From Macrostomum lignano (lineage: Eukaryota), in assembly GCA_002269645.1 (NCBI GenBank), contig NIVC01003415.1, forward strand, positions 1 to 64,000: a stretch of 64,000 bases of DNA, given 5' to 3'. Shown here one piece after another: positions 26,007-38,135 of the stretch. The notes under the pieces were generated by a model that worked only from the letters and a program-made list of their open reading frames with translations, ran no database searches and had not been told where the DNA came from. The first letter of the stretch is position 1; every line of letters begins with the position of its first letter. A program made the translations under genes and the position numbers.

Positions 26007-28306
26007 TCAGGTGAAGCTGACCCAGTTATTTCCCATACCCGTAGCCGCAGAGCCAATCGGAAACGAGGCCGGCCGTGAAGCTCCGGTCCCGTAGCGACTC
26101 AAAATCTGAGCTTTGAGAGGCGAGCTGAACTGCAACAGGTCCGTCTCGGAACTGCTCTCTGGTGCCGGTGCTGGTCTCGAGTCGCCGATTAGAGCTGACC
26201 AATCCTCGATGCTGTCAGTCTGCGCCTGCTGGGGCCGCAAAGGCAAAGTCGATGGAGGCGACACGAAATGGACGTGGGCGGGGCCGCCAATGCTGTGCGA
26301 AGACGAGGCAGCCGAGTGCAGCGAAGCGGCATCATTATTGTTGCTGCCGCTGTCCGAGTCGTCGATGTTTATCAGTACACCTTCACCGCTGCCCTCGCCA
26401 ACGTCATCGCCGACTCCGCTGTTCAGCATGACGGTTGGAGCCAAACTATCGTTCAGAGACTTAACTACTTCATCGGCTTCTTCAAAGCCTTCTTCAGCTT
26501 CGTCTTCTTCAGCATCATCATCGCTTTCTAATTTCTCTCCGATTAGCTCCGGTTTCTGTGGAAGCTGCTGAGCAGCCGAATGGGCCGAAGCCAACCGTCT
26601 GGAGAGCAGGTTAGAGCGCACCCTGCGACCAATGTTGCGCGGCAGGTTGACGATGGCTCGCTTGCGCTGGCGGCTCGCCAACAGCCGATCGGCGGCCCGA
26701 TTGAACGCTTCGTAATGAGACTCGGATGTGCCGGCGGCTAGGTAGCGGTCGACGAACTCGCGGAACAGCTGCGAGCCGGACAGGCGGCGCAGGAACGCCC
26801 GGTGCGACTCAGGACTGGCGGCTAGGAAGGCGTCCAGGTTGAAATCCGAGCCGGCCGGCTGCTGTCGAATCGGCGCCAGCAGTTCCACGGTGACTCGGAG
26901 CAGGGCCTGGGAAAAGGCGTCGCCTGGGGCGCTGGAGGACCGAGAGCGGCTTAGAGAACGCTTGGCGGCGCGCACGAGTCCTTAGGAAATGAATGTGTGT
27001 AGATACTGACTGTTAAGAAAGAGGCTTACGTGGAATCTGGGAAGCTAGTCTTAGAATCGGGGATGGCGGCGGAGGCGCAGCAATTAAGGATTGGGGGGGG
27101 AAGGATGGAAGTGGTTCAGCAACTGAGGATCTGGGAGGGTGGCGAGATGCGGTCACAAAGAATGACCGTTTCAGACAGTAAAAGCTAAAGGACTCACTCT
27201 TGGGTAGCCCGAGCTGCTCAGCAGAGGCCTCAGCGCCATCAGCCACAAACAGATCTCCGCTATCCAGATTGACCAGAGCAAAATCTCGGTCGGCAAAATT
27301 GGCGTCAACTTTGGCCCGGTTAGTAACGTAGAGAGCCTCAACTAAGCCGAAAACGAAGGGCACAAGGCAGCCGATGTGGTCAATGTTGGCAGCGGAGAGG
27401 CTGGGCGCGAACACGTGCTCCCAGCTGAACGGGTACAGCATAGAAACGCAGCCGAAGGCGCACAGAGTCAAGCGATCCAAGCGTCTTTAAAAAACGCGAT
27501 GGAAATAATTTATGGAAACGATACGAGACATGAGTACGATACGAGTATGCAGCTGCACCATCTAGCTCAGTAGGAAGCTCGAGGACTAATATCCCTGTTG
27601 GAGGATAATAAGACTAGCATATTTACCTGGCAACCAGAAGCAGTTTTCGCTCAGTAAGCATAGCGGTCAGCAGGTACAGCAAGGTGTCCGAACTGCGGCC
27701 AAGCCGGTCGGACAGTTCACGCACCGGACCCCACCGGCCAGTGTCCGGCAACTGGCTGTCCCGGTGTCCGGTCGGCTGTCCCATGGTGGCCGAGGCGGCC
27801 AGTTGCTGAGAAATGGCCAGCACCGGGTCGACCGGCCACTGGCTGCTGAGCTGTCGCAGCAAGGCCGGAAAGATGTCGAACCCTGGCCGTCTAGTGACCA
27901 ACGCCAAGCACTCGACGATGCAGTCCGCCTCTACATGCAGTCGGGTGAACACAGCAAACAAGAAGGTGAACCGAGAGTTGATGTCGGTGAAGGCAGTGCA
28001 GAGGGTGTCACCATCCTCAGGCTGCCAGTCGGAGCCGCGGCTGTCGCAGCAGTCTGGCAGCGCGTATTCAACAACTCGAATACGCCAGTCGTCCACGGCG
28101 GAAAAGGCCGCCACAACGGAGGTTGGACCGCCGCATAGGCGTCGGCGCAGACGGTAGAGAGCCTCAAATGCTGAAGCGCAGGATTCTGGCGGCAGTAGCC
28201 GACTGTGAATGCCCTGCTTCATCGGACTAGCAGACTTTGCTGTCCCAGCTGATGCCGCTGCGGGAGGCAAGCAACCAAACAGGTTTAGCACAGCTGGCAT
28301 ACGCAT
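26007..28306 (-). CDS. DENN-domain protein (Rab GEF; connecdenn/DENND1-like), 3 exons
   Basis: Exons 28306-27627 (phase 2), 27484-27198 (phase 1) and 26980-26007. Motifs: LLTAMLTERKLLLVAR, SMLYPFSWEHVFAPSL, VPFVFGL and SQLFREFV (cDENN/dDENN). The C-terminus ends WVSFT*. Confidence 0.88.
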
Positions 28307-28585
28307 GCTAGCATCTACTCATATCTAGGCAGACTAAATATATAACCATGCCACGCAGTTCATTGATGATCCACTGCTTATATAGTACTTAGCCAACAAA
28401 TCCAGAACAGAGTCTAAAGTGACGCTATACCTATGTAGCAGGTTTGGAGAATGTAAACAGAGAAGATATACATTATATGTATCTGTTTCAGGGGCCTAGA
28501 TTTCAATATTACAATAAATGTATGCAGGAAATCACTGTGAAAAAGTCTGAATGAAGTGTGAACAATTGCTTCAATTATTTAATCT

Positions 28586-28631
28586 TGTATTGCATTTCTT
28601 TGGCTCCCAAAAAGGGGGCGTAGATTGCTAG
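28586..28631 (+). mobile_element. Helitron-like 3' terminus (hairpin + CTAG|T)
   Basis: GCTCCC-AAAAA-GGGGGC hairpin, then GTAGATTGCTAG|T. A near-identical copy lies at 35778-35823. Confidence 0.6.
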
Positions 28632-31600
28632 TGCTTTACTATAATGATTTTACTAGTATGAAGGGTATTGCAAAAGTTTTTGTACTGTGTTCACCATGTA
28701 CCTGCCAAAAATTAGCATTTTAAAATTGTATCCAAGAAATTACTAACATGATTTTGAAGTTTGCAGAGAGGTCTATGGCTTTTGTTTATAGTCCAAGTAT
28801 ATGCATTTAATATTCTATTGAAAAGCAGTAAAATTGCAAAAATATTGATTCAACAATTGATTCAATTATTAGCTGATTAGCTTATAAATACTATTCATCA
28901 AGATATATAAGTACCCAGGATGCTTTTTGATATCAATATGAGGATATACCATTTTTCTTGCATTAAAAAGTGCAAACTTCAAAATTGCATTATAAATTTA
29001 CTACTAAGCTACACTATTTATATGTATTAATATAAAGGAAATAGTCTGATATACTTAGCAGCATCAGCCTATATAATACTGGATAAGTTTAAGCTATATA
29101 AGGCAATTATTAAAGCTCATATTAATCAGTTATATAAAGATTTAAATGTTAAAGAACAAGTGTTTAAAGGTTTTTATAGACTATTAGGCATTGCTAAATA
29201 AGTCTTATTATATATAATAAACTTTTCTAAGAAATTAATTATTTATATATTAAATTATAAATGTTGGCTTATTATATATAGGCCTGCATTTTAGCACCGC
29301 AGGCACTCATTTTAGCACCATAGGCCTGCATTTTAGCACCGCAGGCACTCATTTTGGCACTGCAGGCGCTACGTTTGTTGCCCTGTAGCAAAATGGATTC
29401 AAGCAAAGCAGCAAAAAGCAAAAATAAGCAAGAAGTCTGACATTTTACATTTAAAATGTGGAAGGGCCAGATACCATTACTGCCCCACCATTTTAAAAAG
29501 TGAGGATGGGCATGGCCACACTGGCCCCCCGTTTTTACGCCTATGTAAATATAACGATATTTATCGCAATTCGCAACTTCGCAAGTATTTTTATTCTTTC
29601 ACTCCGGTGATCCAGAACGTCCGAACCAAGAGTCTGCAGACTGCAGGCAATGGCACAGTCCGAGGACGCACCAATGCTATAAATTGCATTATACACTAAA
29701 CGATGAAACATATGTACTTTTATAATAGGATAATTCGTTTACGACAAGTCCTTAGACAAGTTAGAGTGAGTGAACTGATTGCTCTGAAAATGCCGAACGA
29801 AGGATTCACTTGCTTTCCTAGAAAGAAGAAAGATTGAAATTGTGTCTTTTGGGCCACGGGATGTCGTAACGTTTATAACAATTATTTAGTCCGATTATTT
29901 ATCTTTTCAACTCATTGCAGCTCCAGAGCTGACAGCCAAAGTCAAGTAGGGCATCTTTGCTAGTATATTATTATTATTATTATTAAGTATTATTATTAGT
30001 TTCAGTTCTCCGCATATAACGTACGGTTTGGTTGGGTCAAAGTTAGAAGCGTCAGACTGTATTTTCGAGATCCTAATCCCAATGCATGGTAGTCAGTTTT
30101 TTATATTTTGACGCCTTTAGCTTCTTGGTTTGTTATTGGATTTGGGGCGCTACAAATGTTGAATTCGGGAGTACGACACTAGCAAGCAGAATATTTCCTC
30201 ATGGGAAGTGAGCCCGGGAACGTTTGCCCTCAGATATTCGGCTGTCTAATTAAAGTAAAAGCATTAGTCCAAGACAGAATTACTAGATTACTAGTATTTA
30301 AAGACTTGGTACTAGATAATAAGTCAATGAAAGTGTAAAACAACCGTTAAAGCACATAGTGCGTTCATAGCCAATCTGCAGTTTTTTCAACGGATAGTAG
30401 CAGCGATAGTAGCAGCGTAGTGTATTAGCCGACAGAAATTTCTGAGAGCATAGAAAGATCCTTGCTCACATATTTTGTCTAACATTTGTTACACTAAGCT
30501 TCTGTCGTCATTGTTAAAAGCAAATGCTTTTACTAACGAGAAGTTCCGTTGATTGACTAAATTGACTGCCTAATTGCCTGGAATGGATTAGGGTTTTTTT
30601 AACCTGCTACTGCTATAATTCATTTTTAGCAGACAAACAAACTTTGATCTATACAAGAATGGACCATTAAAATTTGCTTTCGATTTTAATATAGAGTGGT
30701 AAACCAGTTATACGAGTAATAATGTAATTTGACAGTCAAATGTCTTCGGGCAAACTTCCCGCGTGCTAATGTCGTAGACCGGTTGAATTCTATTAATTTT
30801 ACAGTCATATATTCCAACAATAGAAGGCCTGAAAGTTTTTAAATAATAATCAGTTAAAAGATGTTCGTTTAAATGATAAGCTTACGATACGGAATTATGT
30901 AAGATAATGGCTCGGTTAAAAAGTGTCACGAAGAACAAGCAGTGAATTAAAAATATATATTTTTTGTATAATAATGTGCCCCCATTGGCATTATAATAAT
31001 AAACAGCGAAGCGAGCATACGACAGATAAAAACGATGCACTATATGTACAGGAGGGGGAGTGCGTAAAAGTTGATATAAGCATTCGCAACATGCAGCAAA
31101 GAGATTAAAATGAAGCTGCAATATACAATGAAATAAACAAATTTACAACACCCAAGGGATAAATAGAAGCGATCGTGCGGCATGCGAAAAATCTGAACCC
31201 CAAAGCGGAAAGTTCAATCACATGCGTAAAAACAAAAAAAGAAAATTATAAATAAAAGTGAAGCAATTCAATTGATTAAAAAAAGCCGCGAAATTAGCAA
31301 TTCCGATTTGAATAAAGTTAGGCAATTAAAAACCCGCAGCTCTGTACACGGGGGGGGGGGGTGGGTAAGCGGTGCATGCATTGTAAATATACTCGTATAA
31401 TCGACATTGACAGTACGAACTATAATAAAAGTGTATAAAAATACATCAGTGATGAGTGCGGGTGCACGCGAAATTTAGCTATAATTTACACAGGCTGCCT
31501 CCAGGCGAAAAAAGGGCGCTAAAGACTGCGCCAAAAATGATCAATTACGAGTTAAAAAAGACAGTGTCAGACTGATTCCGAAAATCGATAGTATAGCAAT

Positions 31601-31814
31601 CATCATAATGATAGGTACTAATGTAGAGGCTAACAAGAAGTACAGAACAAAATTATGTGCAAGAGAAAATGTACGCTAAACAAATGCTATAAGTTTGCCG
31701 CAACACGCCGGAATATGCCACACAAGTCACAACGATAATGAGACATAATTTAGTATATTGTGATTAGTTATTGCCGAACCTGATTTTGTGGTGGTGGGGT
31801 GGATGTAATTAGGG

Positions 31815-32190
31815 GCCTGAGCCCGATGCTGCGGAGGTGGGGTGGGTGTCATTTGGAGCCCGAGCCCGATGCTGCGGAGGTGGGTGGGTGTCATTTGGGG
31901 CCCGAGCCCGATGCTGCGGAGGTGGGGTGGGTGTCATTTGGGGCCTGAGCCCGATGCTGCGGAGGTGGGGTGGGTGTCATTTGGGGCCCGAGCCCGATGC
32001 TGCGGAGGCGGGATGGGTGTCATTTGGGGCCCAAGCCCGATGCTGCGGAGGTGGGGTGGGTGTCATTTGGGGCCCGAGCCCGATGCTGCGGAGGCGGGAT
32101 GGGTGTCATTTGGGGCCCAAGCCCGATGCTGCGGAGGTGGGGTGGGTGTCATTTGGGGCCCCGAGCCCGATGCTGCGGAGGTGGGGTGGG
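31815..32190. repeat. 41-43-bp minisatellite (GGGTGTCATTTGGGGCCCGAGCCCGATGCTGCGGAGGTGGGGT), about 9 copies
   Basis: Tandem copies about 180 nt downstream of the RAD21 stop codon. Confidence 0.94.
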
Positions 32191-32365
32191 TAACAATTTT
32201 AGGGTCAGAGCCACAAAGATATAGGACTCCTGAGTGGGTACGTACGAATGCATTGTGGTTATAGAAGTTAATTCAACTATTTAAAAGCAATAGTGCAGCT
32301 TAGTATGCTCATAGACCATAATAGTGTAGGTAATTTCGAGCCACTGAATCCTAGCAACCGGTGAT

Positions 32366-34747
32366 TCACGCGGAACTGAGCAGAGACGCGAAGCGCGCAC
32401 CCTTTTGCACGTAGATATTCGAATAGGGGCCGTCATTCTGCTGCATCTCAACGCCGCGCACCTTGCACAGAGTTAGCAGAGTGTAGAATTTGGCGGCTGC
32501 CGCTTTTCGCCCGTTGCCGATAGTGAGCTCAGACACGGTGCACGGCTCGGCGGCTGACCGGCCTTCCAGGCGCAGCTGTAGAACCTTCAGCATGGCCGCC
32601 CCGCGTCGTTCGGTGCGCGCCTCCTCAGTGGCCTCTTCAACATCCTCGCAAGTGATCTGGCGGTCAAGATCCTCTTCGGCAGACAGGCCGGTGGGGTTGA
32701 AAACGCTAGGCGGGCCGCCAACTTGGTCAACAATGTCAGTGTCGCCGTGGTGGAAGGGGAACGGCGTGTGGACGCTGCCGTGCAGCGGCACGGAGGCCGG
32801 GATGAGCGGCTGGTCAGCCGGAGCGGAGGAGGCGATAAGCGGGTCCGTGTTGGTGCTGATGAGGCCGTGGCTAAGCTCCTCACGGATCGGTGTCATGGCG
32901 ACGCTCTCGTGATGCTGATGTTGGTGATGATGCGGCGTCTCGCTAGTGATGAGCTCTTGAAGGTCGCGCATGTCAGCGTCCTCGTCTTCGGCGGCGGCGG
33001 CGGCAGCAGCAGCCGCAGCGTCGGCACCGCTGGCGGCCGGGCGGGTGCGCGCGTTCTGAGCAAAGAGGCGCAGCAGGCGGTCGCTGAGGTGGAGGCGGGC
33101 CGTGTGCGACAAAAGCCGGTCAACGCTGCCGGTCTCCTTCCACTGCATGAGCTTCTTAGTTGGCGGGGCCAAGTCCAGCACAGTGACGATCTCGGACGTG
33201 TCCTGCATGTGAGCCTTCATCAGCTCGGACGGGATCGATTTCTGGTCGTCAATAATGAGGCGACGCCGGCGTGCCCGACGAGCGGTCACGTGGCTGCGCA
33301 CGCTGGGCTCGGATGGGCCGCTGGCTCCTTGCTGGTGATGCTGACCGGCCTGCTGGTGCTGCTGGTGCTGATGGCTGCCGACAGCCGACGCAGATGAAAT
33401 GTCCGGCAGCGGCGGCAGGGCGTACCGGGACTCCTGCTCGCCAAGGACGCTGCTAGGAGCCGTTGGCTGAGGCTGAGGCTGCAGGTCGATTTCGGACAGC
33501 ACGTTCTCGAAGTGCCGCTTAGTGGTCAGATCGTCGAATAGGTCGGTTGGCTCGAAGTCGCCACCGAAGCCGTCCTCGTCGTCGTCGTCGTCGCCGGCGG
33601 GGCCGGCCAGCAGGCCGATTTCGTCGGCGGCGTTCTCCATGTCCACCAGGGTGCTGTCCTGGTGCTGCTGGTTGGAGTGCCGGCCGCGGCCGATGCTGCC
33701 GATGTCGTCAGCCTGGCCGGTGCTGTTGGCGCCCTGCCAGTTGTCAAAGGCGGTGCGGATTAGCGAATAGAACAATGGATCAGTCAGGACTACGGATGGG
33801 GAATTTGGGGAACTCCTGGATACTGATTGCTGGGGCTTATAGCAGAGGCCACGTCTTCTTTCCAGGGGTCAGAGGGCGGTTCCTAATGGGGTCAAATAGC
33901 GGTTCCTAATGGGGTCAAATGGCGGTTTCTAATGGGGTCAGAGGGCGGTTCCCAATGGGGTCAGAGGGTGATTACTAATGGGATCAGATTGTGTTTCCTA
34001 ATGGAGTCAGAGGGCGGTTCCTAATGGGGTCAGAGGGCGGTTCCTAATGGGGTCAGGGGGCGGTTCGTAATGGGGTCAGAGGGCGGCGGTTCATGCTTTG
34101 AGAAGATAGGAGCAATGAAGAAGCCAATCGGAAATAAAGAAGCAGAACTGTCAAATTGAGTGCCAAAACAGTTTGCCCCACCAAAGCTTCAAATAAAGTA
34201 CCTGAGAGTACAGGCTCTCTGCGCCGGCGTCTCGCATAGTTTCCAGGGCGGCCTCGCCGAAATCGTCGTCAGGCCGGCCCAGATTGATCTCGGCCTCGCC
34301 GGCGTCCAGCTCCTTCATGGTGATGTCCTCGGGCCGGCTGGTATGCACCACCGGCACGCTGAGCTGGTCGGCAATGTGGGTCAGATCCTCGGACTCGAAG
34401 TCCTGCAGATTGTCTGGCAGGGTGATGGCGGCGGCGGCAGCCTCTCGACTCTTTTCTGGCAGGTCGACGGCGCCCGGCCGGAAGGCCATCTTGATCTTCA
34501 CGTAGGCCTCGTTACAGTCGGCCAGGAGGTACTTGGCCTTGCGATTGTAGATTTTCACAACGCCAAGCAGCAGATGGCCGGATGTGCGCAGAGCCATTTT
34601 CACCTTGGGCTCGAGGATGGCCTCAACGCTAGACGAGATGTTAGTCTCAAACACGTGAGCCTTGGTGAGCTTTTTGTCCCAGTGGGCGGCCAGCCAGATT
34701 TTGGCCAGCGGGCCCTTCTTGGTCAGCACGAAATGCGCGTAGAACAT
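32366..34747 (-). CDS. RAD21: Cohesin kleisin subunit RAD21/Scc1 (about 637 aa), 2 coding exons
   Basis: Exon 1 is 34747-34202 and starts [37 protein letters not shown] (canonical N-terminus). Exon 2 is 33733-32366, joined in phase 0, with [16 protein letters not shown] and the winged-helix end [14 protein letters not shown]. Confidence 0.97.
33870..34085. repeat. 23-bp minisatellite (GGGCGGTTCCTAATGGGGTCAGA) in the RAD21 intron
   Basis: About 9 imperfect tandem copies. Confidence 0.9.
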
Positions 34748-35509
34748 GGCGGCGCCGACTCAATGAAGCTGCAAGTGGGCGATTTTTAAAGGCGTTTTAG
34801 AGCTGCCAATAGTGATGAAAAAAGTAAATAAATGAAAGAAATCAAGTTCCTGAGCTAGCTTTCTTGCTAGAACCATGGTCACAGTATTGCAAGCACACTC
34901 CTAAGTGTCAGCGCAATTAATAAGTTGCCTGAAGTTGGTTTCATTGTCCAAGCTAGCTAATCTCATGCTATATGTTATGACCAACCCTGGAGACCAATTT
35001 GTTGCCACTATCAATGAGGTTGCAATTTACTAGTCATTTTATTATTACCCTAGGTTTATAACCTAGTAGGATAGGAGGAGACCTATGCCTTTTTTACTTT
35101 GCTTTGCAATACAGTGTTATAGGTAAAAGGATGCATATATAGCTTTTGCATATATAGCTTATGTTTCCATAGGGTACTACTATTTTTTACCCTCAGTCTA
35201 AGGCAATGTAGTATACTATTAGTAAGGTAGTTAATAAGTTAGTTCACAAATAAGGTAGTAAGTTAGAAAAAAGGAAAAACACTAGTAAACTTCATATCTC
35301 ATATTTTGTACTCTAACTCTAATACACTGATAATGCCATGGTATTAGCAATGCCATTCAGAATCAGACCAGCAAGAGACAAGCACTGAGATGTTGATCTT
35401 GACAATAATAACATTTTTGAGTCACAAGCAATTAATGAAGCAAGTATTATTTCAAAGAAAACTTTTAAAGAAAGAGTCTTCTCAATAACTTTCTTGAAAA
35501 AATAAGAAA

Positions 35510-35823
35510 AAAATATTGCAAAGAGATGCTACATGTAGTTTATTACAGAACTTGTACTGCATTTTTGGCTCCCCAACACTAAGCTAAAAAATACTACTAG
35601 CGCTTCACAAACTTATGCAGATGTCAGGCTGTAGGGTTAGTGTTAGGGTTAAGGTTTAGGGTTAGGTTCAGGGTTATAGCGTTAAGATTTGGGTTAGGGC
35701 TAGGGTTAGGGTTAGGGTTAGAAGTTTGACAGGAGATTTTTTAAGATTTCAAGGCTACATGTAGCTTATTAAAAAAGTGTATTGCATTTCTTTGGCTCCC
35801 CAATGGGGGGCGTAGATTGCTAG
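35510..35823 (+). mobile_element. Helitron-like fragment carrying a degenerate (TTAGGG)n tract
   Basis: TTAGGG-like run at 35632-35721, lying between two similar GCTACATGTAG..TGCATTT..TGGCTCCCC segments, and ending in hairpin + CTAG|T. Confidence 0.55.
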
Positions 35824-36299
35824 TCTGGATGCTAAGCATGATGTGGGTCTTCTGTTAGCCTTATTAGGCACATGTGGGTTGGATATGGCATAGTTTGTGC
35901 AAGATGCCCTAAATCTGATATAAACAGCTGCTAAGCATAAGCATCTGTATAAACTTGATCTAATTATGTCAAGTAAGCTTGTCTAGGGCTTTGTCAAGAC
36001 TCAAAGTTTAAACACCAAGTGAATAGAATTTCTTTGGGAAGGAAAGGGATAAATTCTTTATAGTCTTATTGTTAAAAGTCAATTTACTAAATAAGCTAAG
36101 GTGCTAACTACTTTCACATACCCAAAACTAAATATCTTAGAAACTTTAAAGTCTCAAAACTTTATATCTATTATATTTTTGGGATTGTAAAAGCAGTTTC
36201 TTTCCATATAAATATAAAGGTACATTAGACACTTTTTTGGAGATATAAAATCTATTTATTTGTTGTGCCAATTATGTGACTCTTTCTTAGCCCCATTGT

Positions 36300-36900
36300 T
36301 TGTTATAACATTCTCTCATTCTGTCATCTGTACTCTTTCTTTCACCTCTTTTGTCTCCTCACTTTCCTTTCTCCTTTCTTCTCTTCTCTTCTCTTCCCTC
36401 ATCTATATACTCTCTCCCTCTCTTGTCTCATCTTTTCTCTCTCCACTCTCCTTTATCTCTCATCTCTCATCTCTCCTTACACCTCTCTCATATGTATAAC
36501 CTTATCTATTCTCTCTTCCATTTACTCTCTCATCTCTCCTTTCTCCTCTTTACTAATTCCTCTCTGCTCTCCTCTCATCTGCAGCTTTCTACTCTCTCTT
36601 CTCTACTAGCTCCTCTACTCTCTCTTCTCCACTTGCTACTCTACCCTCTCCTCTCTACTTGCTCCTCTACTCTCTCCTCTCTACTTGCTCCTCTACTCTC
36701 TACTTGCTCCTCTACTCTCTCCTATCTACTCACTTCTCTACTCGCTCCTCTACTCTCTCCTATCTACTCACTTCTCTACTCGCTCCTCTACTCTCTCCTC
36801 TTTCCTATCATCATCCTCACTCTTTCATCTCTCCTACTATCCTTTATCTTTTCTCTTATTCCCTTTCTCCCCTTTCTCTCTTTTTGAATAGTCTATTCCT
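36300..36900. repeat. CT-rich low-complexity tract
   Basis: Polypyrimidine simple sequence. The Leu/Ser ORFs are artefacts. Confidence 0.9.
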
Positions 36901-36929
36901 TTTTCTCTCCACTCCAAACTATCCCTCAG

Positions 36930-38135
36930 CCATGAGCTGGATTCTTTATCTGGCCTTTGAGGTAAAAGTCTATCTTTTCCTGCTTGAAAAGCCAGTTTGT
37001 GGGATGTATTACTCTCATGGCTGTTCTCATGATTTGATCATGTCATCTTTCTTGCCAATTTGCAAGTTCTGAAAAGAATTTGTGTATCTTCAACTCAACT
37101 GCAGTCTGCATTAGACTAACAACCAAGGAAATATGCATTTCTTAGGAGGCCATTTAAATTTTAAAGTACCTTTAAGAGAAACCTTGAATTTCCATGGTGA
37201 CTAATTTAGTAGGGTTGTATATTGTATTGCTTTGCATTGCTTTCTCATAAACCTTTTGCTTTTACAAAGGATGCTGGATTGTCTTGTTTGCCAATTGCCA
37301 TCCACTATTAAACTGCTGCAAAGTTTGCCTATACAAAGGGCAGTGGTTAGAATTTATCACTAAACTGTTATTCATGGCTAAATGTAGCCTCTCTACTCTC
37401 AGGGTGCAGAGAAGGCTTTAAAAAAGTTATTCTAGAACACTGTACATTGCCATGTACATTCAGCCCTATTGCCTGACCCTTGGTCTGGCTCTGGGGGAAT
37501 GAGTGAGTTGAGTGGCACAAACCACAGAAAAAGCAGACAAAATTCACTTGCTTACAGTTTCTGTTCTAATTTGTTACAGAGTTAAAACTTTATATTTTGA
37601 TAGAGAATGAATAAATGAAGAACTGTGTCAAGTTTAAAGTCAATTGCTTTATGTGAAGCAAACTTATGGCAGCAGAAAGTTAGTCAATTTTGAAACCCCT
37701 TTTACATATCTGGGCCCAGATCGGGAAAGAGAGACAGGCAGGTGGAGTTTGGGGTGGCTGCCTTGCTAAAAAAACAGCCTAACTTTAAAAGTGCACAGCA
37801 CCATTCAGGATTAACTTTGAGACTCAAAATTGTACATGATTGTGCCAAAATAGTTGAAGATTGTCTGTGTCAAATTTGAAGAGAATTGGTAGAAGTGGAA
37901 TGGCACTATGGAGGATTTAATGAAAAAATCACGCATTTTGAGCAGTTTTTTTATACTTTTAGGTAGAAAGACTTGAGTCTAGGAAATTTAAAGGTAGCCT
38001 AAGACATTCTCTGTAGTAAGTTTAGGGTAGGTGTAAAGTTTGGTATAATTTGGTTTAGCAGTTTGGGAGTCCATAGTGATCAAAATTGTACATACACAGA
38101 CACACAGACAGAGTTTCAATTTTTATATATAGAGA
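36930..38135 (-). mobile_element. Interspersed repeat, copy 1 (Helitron-like 5' end A|TCTCTATATATAAAA on the minus strand)
   Basis: Colinear with 41455-43057. Both copies end in a CAGA microsatellite then TTTTATAT.TAGAGA|T and both follow a CT-rich tract. Confidence 0.7.

Noticed and set aside
35632-35721. True chromosome end
   Set aside because: The tract is short, degenerate and flanked by genes on both sides.
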